DNA of 64,000 nucleotides from contig NW_003314265.1 of the NCBI RefSeq assembly GCF_000143415.4, positions 448,405 through 512,404 of the forward strand, read 5' to 3'. The notes beneath the pieces were generated by a model that had not been told where the DNA came from, searched no databases, and worked only from the letters and a program-made list of their open reading frames with translations. This document shows, piece by piece, positions 45,162-56,881 of the stretch. The stretch comes from Selaginella moellendorffii. Lineage: Eukaryota > Plantae > Lycopodiophyta. A program made the translations under genes and the position numbers. Each line of letters starts with the position of its first letter. Positions within the stretch are counted from its first letter, which is position 1.

Positions 45162-45594
45162 AAAAACAAAGTCATAACTCACAGTACAAAAAAACGTAAA
45201 TATTGCAACAAGAGAGAGAGAGATGGAGAGGAAAAAACAAATCTACGAAGAGACGAAGAAACCAAGCACTAAGTCTTTCCTTACAGCGACTTTGAAACAA
45301 AGAGAAGAAAATTATTCCACGGCTTTGTGGGAATGACGTGCCGGAATATTCGTGGTGACTAGACGGTGGCGGAAGGCTCGGTCCCTTGTCTTTCCATTGC
45401 GCGTCCCGCGGGGTGTTTAGAGTCCTTTCTAAAGCGGTGATAGCTAGGGCTCGCGCCCGGGAGCTCCAGCCGCGGACAAAGCGCGAGCGTTTCTTGCTGA
45501 TTGATCATCCCGCGCTTTCTCCATCGATCGATGCGTCGTTCTTTAGTTTAATGTTTATCGCGGCGGCTTTGGCGGATCTAATCTTCTCGCGGCG

Positions 45595-48166
45595 ATGTTC
45601 GGTGGGAGCGGCAGCTCCAAGGCGACGAAATGGTGAGTGTTCTTCTTTCTCGTCTTGGGATTTCATGACAATTTCCTCCATGGCTGCGCCGCAGCAAGAC
45701 GCAATTGCGACTGGTGGTGTCGCGGATCAAGATTCTACGCAACAAACGCGAAATCCAAGTCAAGCATTTGCGGCGGGATGTGGCCCAGCTCCTCCAGAAC
45801 AAGCAGGATGGAAATGCACGCACTCGGGTATGGAGACTTTGGGATTTTTTCCTCTTTCGTTTTGGCCTTAAGATCTCTCACAGGTTGAGCACGCGATTCG
45901 TGAACAAAACATGGTCGATGCCTACTCGCTCATCGAAGGATACTGTGAGTTTCTAGCGTCAAGAATCCAGAGTATCAGTGGAAAGAAGTAAGACCCCACA
46001 ATTATTGGTTTCCTTTTGCGCGTTTAACACTATCTTATCCCTTTGCAGGGAATGTCCTCCGGAGCTCAAGGAGGCCATCGCCAGTTTGATTTATGCTGGA
46101 CCGAGGTGTGCGGATTTGCCGGAGTTGCTGGAGATACGGTCGATTTTCAGCGCCAAGTATGGGAAGCAGTTTATCGCTACTATAGTGGAGCTTCGTGTTG
46201 GTTGTGGAGTTGGCAAGAAGGTGAGATTTTTTTTTTCTTCAGGGAGAGTATCCAGTAACTGGTTTCACTTTTTGTTTGTACGTGTAGATTGTGGAGAAGC
46301 TATCAACACAACCTCTCACTGCAGCCATGAAGCTAAACTTCATGGCTGAAGTTGCGAAGGAGCACAACGTGAATTGGCAGCCCGCGGACTTGTCTCTTCC
46401 TGCCGAGGCACCTGATACACCTCCGAAACAACAACAAAAGCCTACGGTAAGCACGCTTTTCTTCTTCTGTTTCAATGCCTATGCCTATAATCTGCTCAAA
46501 TGTGGTGTCACATCAGCAACCGCAGCAAACCAACAGTAGCAGCTCTCCAACGTCGCCGCTTGACAAAAGACCTGTTATTCCTGCCGCTCAACCGGCCGTT
46601 CAGCCGGCCCGTGCTCAACAAGAGTCCAAGTCCGATTCTGACGACGATGAACCTGTTTCAAAGCCTTCGGCATCTCGTCCCGTTCAAAAACCCGGCCATC
46701 AGCAACAGTTCATTCCGTTCGTTCCACCAACTCCAACGGCAACAGTGAGTAGCGTTCCAGATCCTTACGCACAGTACACAAAAGGGATTGTCAATCCTTA
46801 CGCTCACAAAGCTGCACCGCCCCCACCACCTCCACCTCCACCGCCACCGCCACCACCACAGCAAATGACTGATGATCCTTACAGCGAGTACAGGAAGCAG
46901 TTCAGTGGGAATCATGCCTACGCAGACGTTGCAACTGCCGCGGAAGCCGCTGCTCAGTCTGCTGATCATGCTGCTGCGGCTGCTCGAGCTGCTGCAACTC
47001 TTGCTCACAAGCATCTCTCGCGGGAGACTTCAATGACTTCAGAAGCGGATCAGGGAAAAGCTCGGGTCAGGGAACTCGACTTGGTGGCGAATCTGGAGGA
47101 TAGAGTAGCATCCTACATCAGAGCCCACGCAAACGATACGGACTCGTCGGAATGGGAAACTCCGACTCCACTGGCAAAGCAGCAATCCTCGCCAATATTG
47201 AACCCAAGCAGGAACTTGCAGAGAGAAGCGGAGCTAGCTGAAAGACATGGTTCAATCAGAAAGTCGCATACCACTGATGGGATTAACATGGAAGAACATC
47301 AAAGATGGAGGCATACTGCAGGCGATGAAAATGACCTCAGTCCAGTGAAGCAGAAGGCGGGTAGTCCTCTTGGAATGCGAACTGACCATTTCGACAACAG
47401 CTTGTTTAGAAGTGAGCCCGCCGAGAAGAGAGAGGAGGCGGGGAGTCCTCTTGGAAAGCCAGTGTTTGATCACTTTGGCGGTACAGAGGAGAATCGGAGC
47501 TCCAGCGTGATGTCTACACCAGGATCTTCTTATGACCATCGGCCAGTATATGATCATTCGAGGCCAACAAGATACGACGAAGAGCCCGAGCAAACTTTCA
47601 ACAGAAGAGCAGAAACATTAGCAACTCGACCTTTTTATGATCATCAGCGCGATGAGATCAAGCTCAAGCCAGTTTATGATGAAGCTCCAGCGGTGGTTTC
47701 CAGACTGGATTCGTTCACTTTAAACATGGAGACGATGCACGGGAGCGTCCTGTCCAGGACCGAGAAGCTGTTTGAGAAAGAAGACTCGGATCACTCGTCT
47801 CCAGCGCCGAGATCGAGCCGGCGAGCCCAATCAAACTTCCGGAGAAGCTTTGACGTTGATGATTCGGGAGACGAAGAAGAGTCAAGCACCAGCTTTGAGA
47901 GTGAAGCCAAATCGGCAGCATCGTCCATTCCCGCGGCTCCATCTCAAGAACAACAGCCACCATCGTCGCCATGGCGATCGCGACCTCCTCCAACTCGCCC
48001 GCCTCCAACGCTCCATCTCCAGCAAACCGAGAATCTCGATCCCAGTGGCAAGCACCTGGATGTCCAGAAGCAATTCCACGGCCACAGCGAGCAGTCATTG
48101 CCGCCACCGCCATCGATGAGGACGCACAGGCTCGGTGGAGCAAGCGTTAGAACGCGACGCAAGTAA
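45595..48166 (+). CDS. IST1-like (regulator of Vps4, ESCRT-III) protein
   Basis: KCKTQLRLVVSRIKILRNKR, ARTR/VEHAIREQN, ECPPELKEAIASLIYA, AAEAAAQSA motif, long Pro/Ser-rich tail ending SVRTRRK. Confidence 0.92.
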
Positions 48167-48242
48167 ATATGTGTAGCAAATTTGAGATTTTTAAAATTTG
48201 AAAATTAGCGCGCGACCCCCTGCATTTAGGGTTCTTTCTCTG

Positions 48243-48683
48243 CTAGAGGAGAGAGGCGACCAATTCGTCCTCGGCGTGAGTGATGACGACCAAATCGCTT
48301 GTTGGGTAGGCGATGCAAGTGAGCACGAAGCCCTGATCGATGTGCTCGTAGCCCATAAACGCATTTCCGCCCTGATCCACGCTGCCCATCTCTAGTTTTC
48401 CTGCGCAAGCAGGGCAAGATCCTGCGCGGCAGAAGAATGGGAGCTCCAAGTTCGCATCCTCGGCGGCGTCCAGGATGCTCTTATCGTCAGGGCAAGAGAT
48501 CATCTTCTCACCTAGGGGCATTTTCAACAAGACTCTGTATGCTGTCGCTCGGATCGCAAAAGAGGGCTTTAATCGCTCCCTGCGGCTTTGGAGTTCGATC
48601 CCAATGGCAGCTCTTCGGCGAAGATCGAGGCCCAGATTGGAAAACACTGTTCTAGGATGATCGCCCAGTGCCAGTGCTGCCAT
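48243..48683 (-). CDS. Plant-type [2Fe-2S] ferredoxin with transit peptide
   Basis: [43 protein letters not shown]. Confidence 0.93.
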   Translation of the reverse strand: MAALALGDHPRTVFSNLGLDLRRRAAIGIELQSRRERLKPSFAIRATAYRVLLKMPLGEKMISCPDDKSILDAAEDANLELPFFCRAGSCPACAGKLEMGSVDQGGNAFMGYEHIDQGFVLTCIAYPTSDLVVITHAEDELVASLL

Positions 48684-48728
48684 GAGCCAAATGAAGGTTG
48701 GGATTTTTTCTGGGCGTGTTCTTGACCA

Positions 48729-48753
48729 TACACGTGGCAATCTGCCACGTGTA
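48729..48753. promoter_or_regulatory. Perfect palindromic double G-box in the bidirectional ferredoxin/RRM promoter
   Basis: TACACGTGGCA-atc-TGCCACGTGTA; telo-box-like AACCCTAA follows at ~48766. Confidence 0.75.
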
Positions 48754-48822
48754 CCAATGCTGAAGAACCCTAAAGTTTTTGCCGTAAAAGCCCTAAGGTT
48801 TTTGGCGCAGAGTTCTTGGAGA

Positions 48823-49751
48823 ATGGCGGTGCCGAATCCAAAGACGGCGCTCTATGTCGGTAAGCGCGACTGCTCCGGTGTGTTTGATTGCGTGTGTTTC
48901 TTTCGCGATTTTTGGACAACAGGAGGCTTGGATGAGAATGTGAACGAGGAGGTTCTCCACGCGGCTTTCATTCCATTTGGCGACATCAAGGACGTGACAA
49001 TGCCGCTGGATCAAGGCACGCAAAAGCACCGGGGCTTTGGATTCGTCACGTATTTGGAGAGGGACGATGCAGCGGCTGCCATGGACAACATGCACAACTC
49101 GGAGCTCTTTGGCAAAGTGTTGACGGTGAATTACGCACAGCCCATGAAGATCAAGGGAGGAGAACAGGGCTGGGCATCTCAACCAAGTGAGTTTTCTTCC
49201 ATTTCCTTTCTTCCTCGGTTATTTGTCGTTAGATTGAGGTACACATTTATTTGGAATATCTTCCTTTATGTGGATTTAGACTCCTTTTCATTTTCTTCAC
49301 GAGTTTTTCATTCTTATAAGAAGCCAGTTGTTTTCTCTTCTCTACTTCTCTTGCGTTTGGTTCACTCCATACTTTGTTTGTCAGTTCTCTCTCAACTATT
49401 ACTTTTCTTCTTGTCTCTTTAATTTTGCTTTGCTATTTGTTTCGTGAGAGCTTCGTCTTAACTTGTTGGAATTCTGTCTTTGCAGTTTGGGCGGATGCCG
49501 ATACGTGGTTTGAGCGTCAACAGCGGGAGCTAGAGATGAAGAAGCTCAAGGCCGAGCAGGATGCGACAGTCAAGGCAGCTCAAGAGGCTGAGAGAAAGAA
49601 GCTCTTGGATGCCCTCGAGGGAGAAGTGGAAGAACCAGAAGAGCCAGAAGTCACAATGCCTGTTGACCCTGCGATCATGCAAGGGACGCAAGAAGCAGAG
49701 GTCCCTTGGTATGCATTCTTTTTTTCTTGTGTCCTTGCGTTTGGTGTCTGA
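48823..49751 (+). CDS. RRM protein resembling the cyclophilin-E/CYP33 RRM without PPIase (At1g13690-like)
   Basis: [66 protein letters not shown]. 3' end uncertain. Confidence 0.9.
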
Positions 49752-50732
49752 TCTTTCCCTTACAGAGCAGAACAGTGTACTTCTCTTCTGGATTGTCTGG
49801 AACTGCAGGTAGTTTGATCTGTAATCTTTTTAGTTATTCGGTGTTTGATGAATGTTGTCAGGTCTTCCACGTTCCTATGAAAAAAAAAAAACAGGAGCAT
49901 TGTATGCGTGGCTCAGAAGTGAAGGTCAGTATGGGTCGGCTGGAAGAATGACGACCTTTGGAGGACTAGGAGGACTTAATGGACTTGGAGGACATGCACT
50001 TCTCACGGCAGTTGTGGATGTATAGGTTGACTAGCTCCTTCTGCTTCAGCCACTGTTGCTGGAGAACAGCCGAAATCTGTGGAGAACAGACAATGTGAAA
50101 GTTTGTATGGAAGAGAAAAAGCAAACTCTGATCTATCGGATCTTAGAGAAGCAGCGCTGTGTGTTGTTGTGAACAAGAGCAGCAGCGGCAGTTTCAGTCA
50201 ATCAAGAGCCATTACCTTTGCTTTGCTTTAGAACTATCTTTTCTTCCAACCTTTGCGGGGATGAGCTCTTCCTTGAGAGTTATTTTATACACAAGGTATA
50301 GTTTTAGGCACGCCTAAAGTCCTCGGGCAATAGGTTGTCAAGGAGGTTTCTTCGATCGAACGGACAACCAAGGAAGAAATATCTAGTGGAAAGAATTTAT
50401 AAAACTGAATTGAAGCAAATGGCTCTCAAAGAAATCAATTGAAATCTTTAACGCTAAAGTCTTGTGATCAAGAAACTATTTTATAAGAAGCAAGGACACG
50501 AGAGAAAAGATCCATTTCTTGTGTTTCTTGTATGATCACTGTATCTATAACTTCGGGTTCTTCCGGTTGGAATTCCACTTCTCCCTCCAACTCATAACAC
50601 ATTTTCAGGGTGGCCATTGTAGCTGATTGAGCAGCAACGCCATAAGTGACCATCTGATTATAAAAAATAGTTTCTTGATTCTGAAACTGTTTTTTTCTCT
50701 TTCTTAGTTTATTTATTTGGTTAATTATGCGT

Positions 50733-51218
50733 TTAACATGTTTTTATGCAGTGAATCGGCGACGATGGCACTGAATCCAGCCGGCCTGCAAATGTGTTAC
50801 GAGTTGGAGGAGGGCCTGGAACGATCTTTCCATTTGAAGGAGTTCCAGATCTCACAGCTTGGTTGGTGTCAATGCTTGGAGGAGATCCATTTTCGAATGC
50901 ACTAACGTGTTTTGGTCCTGGGTGGATAGGCGAGCTCCTCCGTTTGATCACTGCTGGGAGTATATTTTCTTTATTCACTGCTGGGTGTATAGGCGAGCTC
51001 TTTCCTTTGAGCATTGTTGTCGCTACCGGGATCTCGAGATTGTAAGCCTGCGAGAGCTGGACCGTGAAATCCTGCAAGAGTTTTCGATGATGCAGTGCTC
51101 CTGCTTCATCAGCAGAAGAAACGAGAGAAGCAGCGGAAGCTCCAACGTGTTCCTGGTGGATCTCTCCAGCCAGTAGCAGCAGCAGCAGCAGCAGCTGGAA
51201 GATCAGACGAGTCTCCAT
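50733..51218 (-). CDS. Putative secreted peptide precursor (copy 3), 161 aa
   Basis: METRLIFQL8AG..SSPIHP repeats..RLDSVPSSPIHCIKTC. Confidence 0.7.
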   Translation of the reverse strand: METRLIFQLLLLLLLLAGEIHQEHVGASAASLVSSADEAGALHHRKLLQDFTVQLSQAYNLEIPVATTMLKGKSSPIHPAVNKENILPAVIKRRSSPIHPGPKHVSAFENGSPPSIDTNQAVRSGTPSNGKIVPGPPPTRNTFAGRLDSVPSSPIHCIKTC

Positions 51219-51554
51219 GCTCCGACACTTCCGAGTGCTTTGGCTTTGATCTCCTCCAACTCTGGACAACGTTTGTTCTTCCTGCTCAAATGGGATCGCT
51301 TGCTCTTTCCAACTTTTGCTAGACTTCCAGTTCCAATGGGATCGCAACTTTTGCTCTTCCCGTTCCAATGGGATCGCTTCTTCTCACTTGGAGATACCCC
51401 AGCTTCATTAATGGCTTTTATACACGGTTACTCCTCTCCATCCGTCCCGGAAAAACTTTGAAAAATCATCCGTCAAAAACACGCTGTTTCGTTTGAACGA
51501 GAATCTCGTTCCCTCCCGGTAAAACAAAAACATTCCTGAACTTTGAATCCTCGC

Positions 51555-52290
51555 CTACGAACGAAAGTAACAAGGCGACGTATGGAAGTTGTAGAGCAAA
51601 ACGGAGGAAGTTTCCAGCCCATGTAAGTCAAGTCCAACTCTCGCTACTTCTTTCCCCGATGCTGCCCAAACGAAACTCGTCCACAGTAGCGTGTCCGGCT
51701 CGTATGGCATGTGTAGAATGAGATCCATGGCGAGAGATGGCGGATCGCTACTCATACCATACGGCTCGTATGGCATGTGTAGAATGAGATCCATGGCGAG
51801 AGATGGCGGATCGCTACTCATACCATCCGGCTCGTATGGCATGTGTAGTCGTGGATCTGGCCACACTGCCCCATGGCGTTGACCATGCAGCTGTAGTGCT
51901 CCCGTGGCGGTCAGACCAAAGTCAAATGCCATTGACCTCCACCTGGCGCTGCCGGGGCTCCCCGTTGACTTATGGCGACCAGGGTGGCGGTCATCGTGAT
52001 GCAGTTGGGTGGCACTATGAGGAGCATCTCGTGAAACAGGGAGAGCGCCTCTTGGGCCATTCGGTGGTTAGTAAGCGCCAAGCATTGCGTTCCTCCATGT
52101 TGTCAAACAGATTCTTCGCCTGCTAGCACTGTGAATATGCAGAGAGCATCGTGTTCCAGGACGTGAGGTCCTTGTGTGGCATTGTATGAAACAAGAATTG
52201 AGCGTTTTCAAGATGCCCAATTTTGGGCATATGCCGCGAGCACTCACAACGTTGTAGCGGTTAAACAGGAACTGACTCTCCATTCATGGA
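51555..52290 (-). pseudogene. Deleted and frameshifted 3' copy of the PPR gene at 54482, with an internal 66-bp tandem duplication
   Basis: Near-identity to 54482-55110; the LHMPYEP..AMDLI unit is repeated. Confidence 0.9.
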
Positions 52291-52583
52291 CACAAGCAAA
52301 GAAACCAGAGAAATCAAGAGAAATCAACCTCTGCACCATAACACATTACAGGACACCCGGCGCGCTCACATCCAGCACCCATCACTTCTCTCCTCCAATC
52401 CTCTCTCTCCAACCAAGAACACTCGCTCGCGTCAACCTTCGGTTAGGGTTCGACTAAACTGGACACAAGCTTGCAAGGCATATGTCGTTAGAATGGTACT
52501 AGGCTCCCGGGGCAGTGTCGAAGCAGTCCAGCCGCACTCTGGCCATTTGTGGACATTCATTCGAACCCTAAAGTTTCTTGGAG

Positions 52584-53389
52584 AATGGCGGCGCCGAATC
52601 CAAAGACGGCGCCGGTGCTAGCGTGTGTTTGATCGCATTGTTTCTTCCGAGAATGTGAACGAGGGGATTCTCCACGGGTTTCATTCCGTACATCAAGGAC
52701 AATGCCCCTGAATCAAGGGACGATGGGGCGGTGGCCATGGACAACATGCACAACTCGGAGCTCTTTCGCTAAGTGTTGACGGTGAATTACCCGCAGCCCA
52801 TGAAGATCAAGGGAAGAGAACAGGGCTAGGCATCTCAACCAAGTGAGTTTTCTCTTCCATTTCCCTTCTTCCTCGTTTTTTTTTGCGTTAGAGTATATGG
52901 ATTTGCTGAAGATTTCTTTTCTTTTTCTTCTTGTTCTTAATTCTTCATTCCTATACGAAGTCAATTGTTTTCTCTTTAATACTTCTCTTGCCTTTGGTTC
53001 ACTAGATACTTTGTTTGTCAGTTCTTTCTCTAAACTATTACTTTTCTTCTTGTCTCTTTGATTTTTCATTGCTATTTGTTTCACGACAGCTTCGTCTTAC
53101 CTTGTTGATTTGGAATTCTATCTTTGCAGTTTTGGCCGATGCCGATACATGGTTTGAGCGACAGCAGCGGGAGCTAGAGATGAAGAAGCTCAAGGCCGAG
53201 CAGGATGCCACGGTCAAGGCGGTGCAAGAGGCCGAGAGGAAGAAGCTCTTGGATGCCCTCGAGGGAGAAGTGGAAGAACCGGAAGAGCCTGTCCTTGGTC
53301 TTTCCCTTACAGAGCAAAATAGTGTGCAGAAATCTGGAACTGGAGGTAGTTTGATCTGTAAGGAAATCTTTCTAGTTATACAGTGTTGA
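52584..53389 (+). pseudogene. Second pseudogene copy of the RRM gene
   Basis: MAAPNPKT start, RNP1 deletion, in-frame stop (ttc gct aag region shifted), [13 protein letters not shown] exon retained. Confidence 0.9.
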
Positions 53390-53511
53390 TATACGCCATA
53401 AGTGACCATCTGATTATAAAAAATAGTTTCTTGATTCTGAAACTGTTTTTTTTTCTCTTTCTTGGTCTTGTGGTCAAGAGTCAGAGTTTATTTATTTGGT
53501 TGATTATGCGT

Positions 53512-54003
53512 TTAACATTGTTTGACGCAGTTAATCGGCGACGATGGCGCTGAATCCAGCCGGCCTCCAAATGTGTTACGAGTTGGAGGAGGGCCTGGAA
53601 CGATCTTTCCATTTGAAGGAGTTCCAGATCTCATAGCTTGTTTGGTGTTAATGCTTGGAGGAGATCCATTTTCGAATTCACTAGCGTGTTTTGGTCCTGG
53701 GTGGATAGGCGAGCTCCTCCGTTTGATCACTGCTGGGATTATAGGCGAGCTACTTTCTTTATTCACTGCTGGGTGTATAGGCGAGCTCTTTCCTTTGACC
53801 ACTGTTGTCACTACCGGGATCTCAAGAGCCTGCGAGAGCTGGACTGTGAAATCCTGCAAGAGTTTACGATGATGCCGTGCTCCTGCTTCATCAGCAGAAG
53901 AAACGAGAGAAGCAGCGGAAGCTCCAACGTGTTCCTGGTGGATCTCTCCAGCCAGGAGCAGCAGCAGCAGCAGCAGCAGCTGGAAGATCAGACGAGTTTC
54001 CAT
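53512..54003 (-). CDS. Putative secreted peptide precursor (copy 4), 163 aa
   Basis: METRLIFQL9AG, three SSPI repeats, RLDSAPSSPINCVKQC. Confidence 0.7.
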   Translation of the reverse strand: METRLIFQLLLLLLLLLAGEIHQEHVGASAASLVSSADEAGARHHRKLLQDFTVQLSQALEIPVVTTVVKGKSSPIHPAVNKESSSPIIPAVIKRRSSPIHPGPKHASEFENGSPPSINTKQAMRSGTPSNGKIVPGPPPTRNTFGGRLDSAPSSPINCVKQC

Positions 54004-54481
54004 GCTCCGACACTTCCGAGTGCTGTTGCTTTGATCTCCTCCAACGTTTGTTCTTCCTGTTCAAACGGGATCGCTTGCTCTCTCCAACTTTGCTAGACTT
54101 TTGGTTCCAATGGGATCGCAACTGTTGCTCTTCCGATTCCAATGGGATCCCTTTCTCTCACTTGGAGATACCCCAGCTTCATTAATGGCTTTTATACACG
54201 CTTACTCCTCTCCATCCGTCCCGGAAAATCTTTGATGACGTGCCGCATGCTTGCCCGTGCCGCGTGCTGCTGCCCGGCTGACGGGCGCCCGTCCGTCGTC
54301 CGTCATCCAGAACTGGGGGAACGGGAGTTCTTACCGCGGGGTACAAACTAGACCCTTGGATATGTTTCGTGTGCGCTCGTGGCGCGGTTAATTGAAGGGA
54401 GTGTCCGTCAAAACGCTGCTTCGTTCGAACGCGTTCCTTCCCCGTGCAACAAAAACAATTTCCTGGACTTTGAATCCTCGC

Positions 54482-56797
54482 CTACGAACGAAAGTAACAA
54501 GGCGACGTATGGAAGTTGTAGGGCAGAACGGAGAAAGTCTCCAGCCCGTGTAAGTCAGGCCCTTCTCTGGCTACTTCTTTCCCCGATGCTGCCCAAAAGA
54601 AACTCGTCCACAGAAGCGTGTCCGGCTCATATGGCATGTGCAGAATGAGATCCATGGCGTCGTGGATGTGGCCACCCTGCCCCAAGACGTTGACCATGCA
54701 GCTGTAGTGCTCCTTCGTGGCGGTCAGACAAAAGTCAAATGCCGTTGACCTCCACCGGGCGCTGGCGCTGCCGGGGCTCCCCCGTTGACTTATGGCGACC
54801 AGGGTGGCGGTCATCGTGATGCAGTTGGGTGGCACTGTGAGGAGCATCTCGTGAAACAGGGAGAGCGCCTCTTGGGACATTCCGTGGTTGGAGTAAGCGC
54901 CAAGCATTGCGTTCCAGGAGATTGTGTCGAGAGAGTCCATGTTGTCAAACAGAGTCTTTGCCTGGGAGGGGTCGCCGCACTGTGAATATGCAGAGAGCAT
55001 CGTGTTCCAGGACGTGAGGTCCTTGTGTGGCATTGTATGAAACATGAATTGAGCGGTTTCAAGATGCCCAGTTTGGGCATATGCTGCGAGCATGGTATTC
55101 CACGTCACAACGTTGCGCTCCTTTGTTCTAAGAAACAAGCTTGCAGTGGCATCGACGTGGCCCTTTTGGGCATATGTCGTCAGCATGGTGTTCCACGTCA
55201 CTAGGCTCTTTAGCTCTTCCGGGGCAGTGTCGAAGCAGTGACGGGCCTCATCTAGCCGTCCACTCTGGGCATTTGTGGTCAGGATGGCGTTGATTGACAC
55301 CGAGTCCCATTCCTGCATAGAATAGAACACAGAGACTGCCATCTGAAGATCCCGGTTCTGGGAATATCCGCACAGGAGAGCGTTATGGGAGACAAGATTC
55401 CTCTCCTGCATTGAGTCAAAGAGTGCTTTAGCCTCTCGCATATTCCCGTCTTGGGCATATACCGAGAGCATCGTGTTGGATGAAATGAGGCTGTGCTCTT
55501 TCATCCTGTGGAACAAGTCTTTGGCATTGTTGAGCTCTGCATTGTGAAGGTAACCAGAAATCATTGAATTGTAGGAAACAATGCTTCTTTCTTCCATGGA
55601 ATCAAACACAAGTTTTGCCTTTAGAGTCTGCCCGGCATGGGAATATCCAGATATAAGAGTGTTGATGGACACAATGTCGTGGGATGGCATCGAAGCAAAT
55701 AAGTATTCTGCCTGGTCAAGATAGCCACCCTCAATATATGCGACTAGCATTGTATTCCACGCATAGAGGTTCCTTTCACACATTAAATCAAACACTTGCT
55801 TGGCTTTGTCCAGATACCCATTGCTTGAATATGCGGTTAGCATGATGACCCATGAGACAAGGTTATGCTCTGGCATCTTCTCAAATATTATTTCAGCATG
55901 CGTGACAGACGCAGCTCTACTGTAAGCATCTAGCATTGCAGACCAAGAAATGACATCTCTTTCATACATCGAGGAAAAAACTCTCTCAGCATCGGCAAGA
56001 TGCCCACAATGAGAATATGCTGATAATAAGGCATTCCATACCACCAGGTCATGCTCTGGCATTTTGTTCCAGATTCTTGTGGCATCATCAACTTTCTGGG
56101 AATATGCCACCAAAATCACAGTCCATACAGAGAGATCGCTCACGGGCAATTGGTCGAAAAGAGCTTTCAAGTTGTAAAGGTTGTCACTAGCATGTAAGGT
56201 AAGCATGAGAGTTGATGATACAAGATCTCTCTCAGGCATCTTATCAAAAAGAGACCTCGCATCTTCAAGATTCCCGGATCGGGCATATGCCCGAAGCATC
56301 GCGGTCCAGCACCTCATGTCACGCTCTTGCATGGAATCAAACACCAGTTTCGCCTCTTTAATATACCCTCTTTGGGCATATGCGTTTAGCATGGTTGTCC
56401 AGCACACAACATTCCATTCGAACATTCTGTCAAAGAGGTCTTTAGCCTGGAAAAGTTGGCCGTGGCTTGCAAAGGCTGCAAGCATGGCGGACCACGAATG
56501 GAGATCTCTCTCGGGCATCTCCTCGAAGATCCTCTTTGCCCGAGAGAGATGCCCGTTTCGGGCATATGTAGTAAGCATGAACGTCCATGAGAATACGTCT
56601 TTGTTGGCGATGGACGTGAAGATGGAGAGAGCTTCATGGACTGCTCCGAGCTTCCCATACAAGTCGAGGAGCTTGTTCGAGGCATAAGTGTCGAGAGTCG
56701 AAGTAGCGCTTTGGAGAAGACGAGCGTGGGCTTGTTTTGCCGCTTTGAGAGTCTTGCAGCTTCCCAAGAGCTCGTTACATGATCTACGATCGAGCAT
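54482..56797 (-). CDS. PLS-class PPR protein, E domain truncated or divergent
   Basis: 771-aa intronless ORF with ~31-aa repeats, EHYSCMVNVLG and MPYEPD. Confidence 0.93.
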   Translation of the reverse strand: MLDRRSCNELLGSCKTLKAAKQAHARLLQSATSTLDTYASNKLLDLYGKLGAVHEALSIFTSIANKDVFSWTFMLTTYARNGHLSRAKRIFEEMPERDLHSWSAMLAAFASHGQLFQAKDLFDRMFEWNVVCWTTMLNAYAQRGYIKEAKLVFDSMQERDMRCWTAMLRAYARSGNLEDARSLFDKMPERDLVSSTLMLTLHASDNLYNLKALFDQLPVSDLSVWTVILVAYSQKVDDATRIWNKMPEHDLVVWNALLSAYSHCGHLADAERVFSSMYERDVISWSAMLDAYSRAASVTHAEIIFEKMPEHNLVSWVIMLTAYSSNGYLDKAKQVFDLMCERNLYAWNTMLVAYIEGGYLDQAEYLFASMPSHDIVSINTLISGYSHAGQTLKAKLVFDSMEERSIVSYNSMISGYLHNAELNNAKDLFHRMKEHSLISSNTMLSVYAQDGNMREAKALFDSMQERNLVSHNALLCGYSQNRDLQMAVSVFYSMQEWDSVSINAILTTNAQSGRLDEARHCFDTAPEELKSLVTWNTMLTTYAQKGHVDATASLFLRTKERNVVTWNTMLAAYAQTGHLETAQFMFHTMPHKDLTSWNTMLSAYSQCGDPSQAKTLFDNMDSLDTISWNAMLGAYSNHGMSQEALSLFHEMLLTVPPNCITMTATLVAISQRGSPGSASARWRSTAFDFCLTATKEHYSCMVNVLGQGGHIHDAMDLILHMPYEPDTLLWTSFFWAASGKEVAREGPDLHGLETFSVLPYNFHTSPCYFRS

Positions 56798-56881
56798 TCG
56801 AGCGAGCCAGCTCTGTTAGAAAGACTTATAGCAGTACAGAAAAAAAAAACGATGAGAGAACTTAGAACCGGTCTGTAGAGA

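Noticed and set aside
50733-51368. 211-aa extended ORF for peptide copy 3
   Set aside because: Begins at a non-ATG codon and the extension is not conserved in other copies; the true start is likely 51218.
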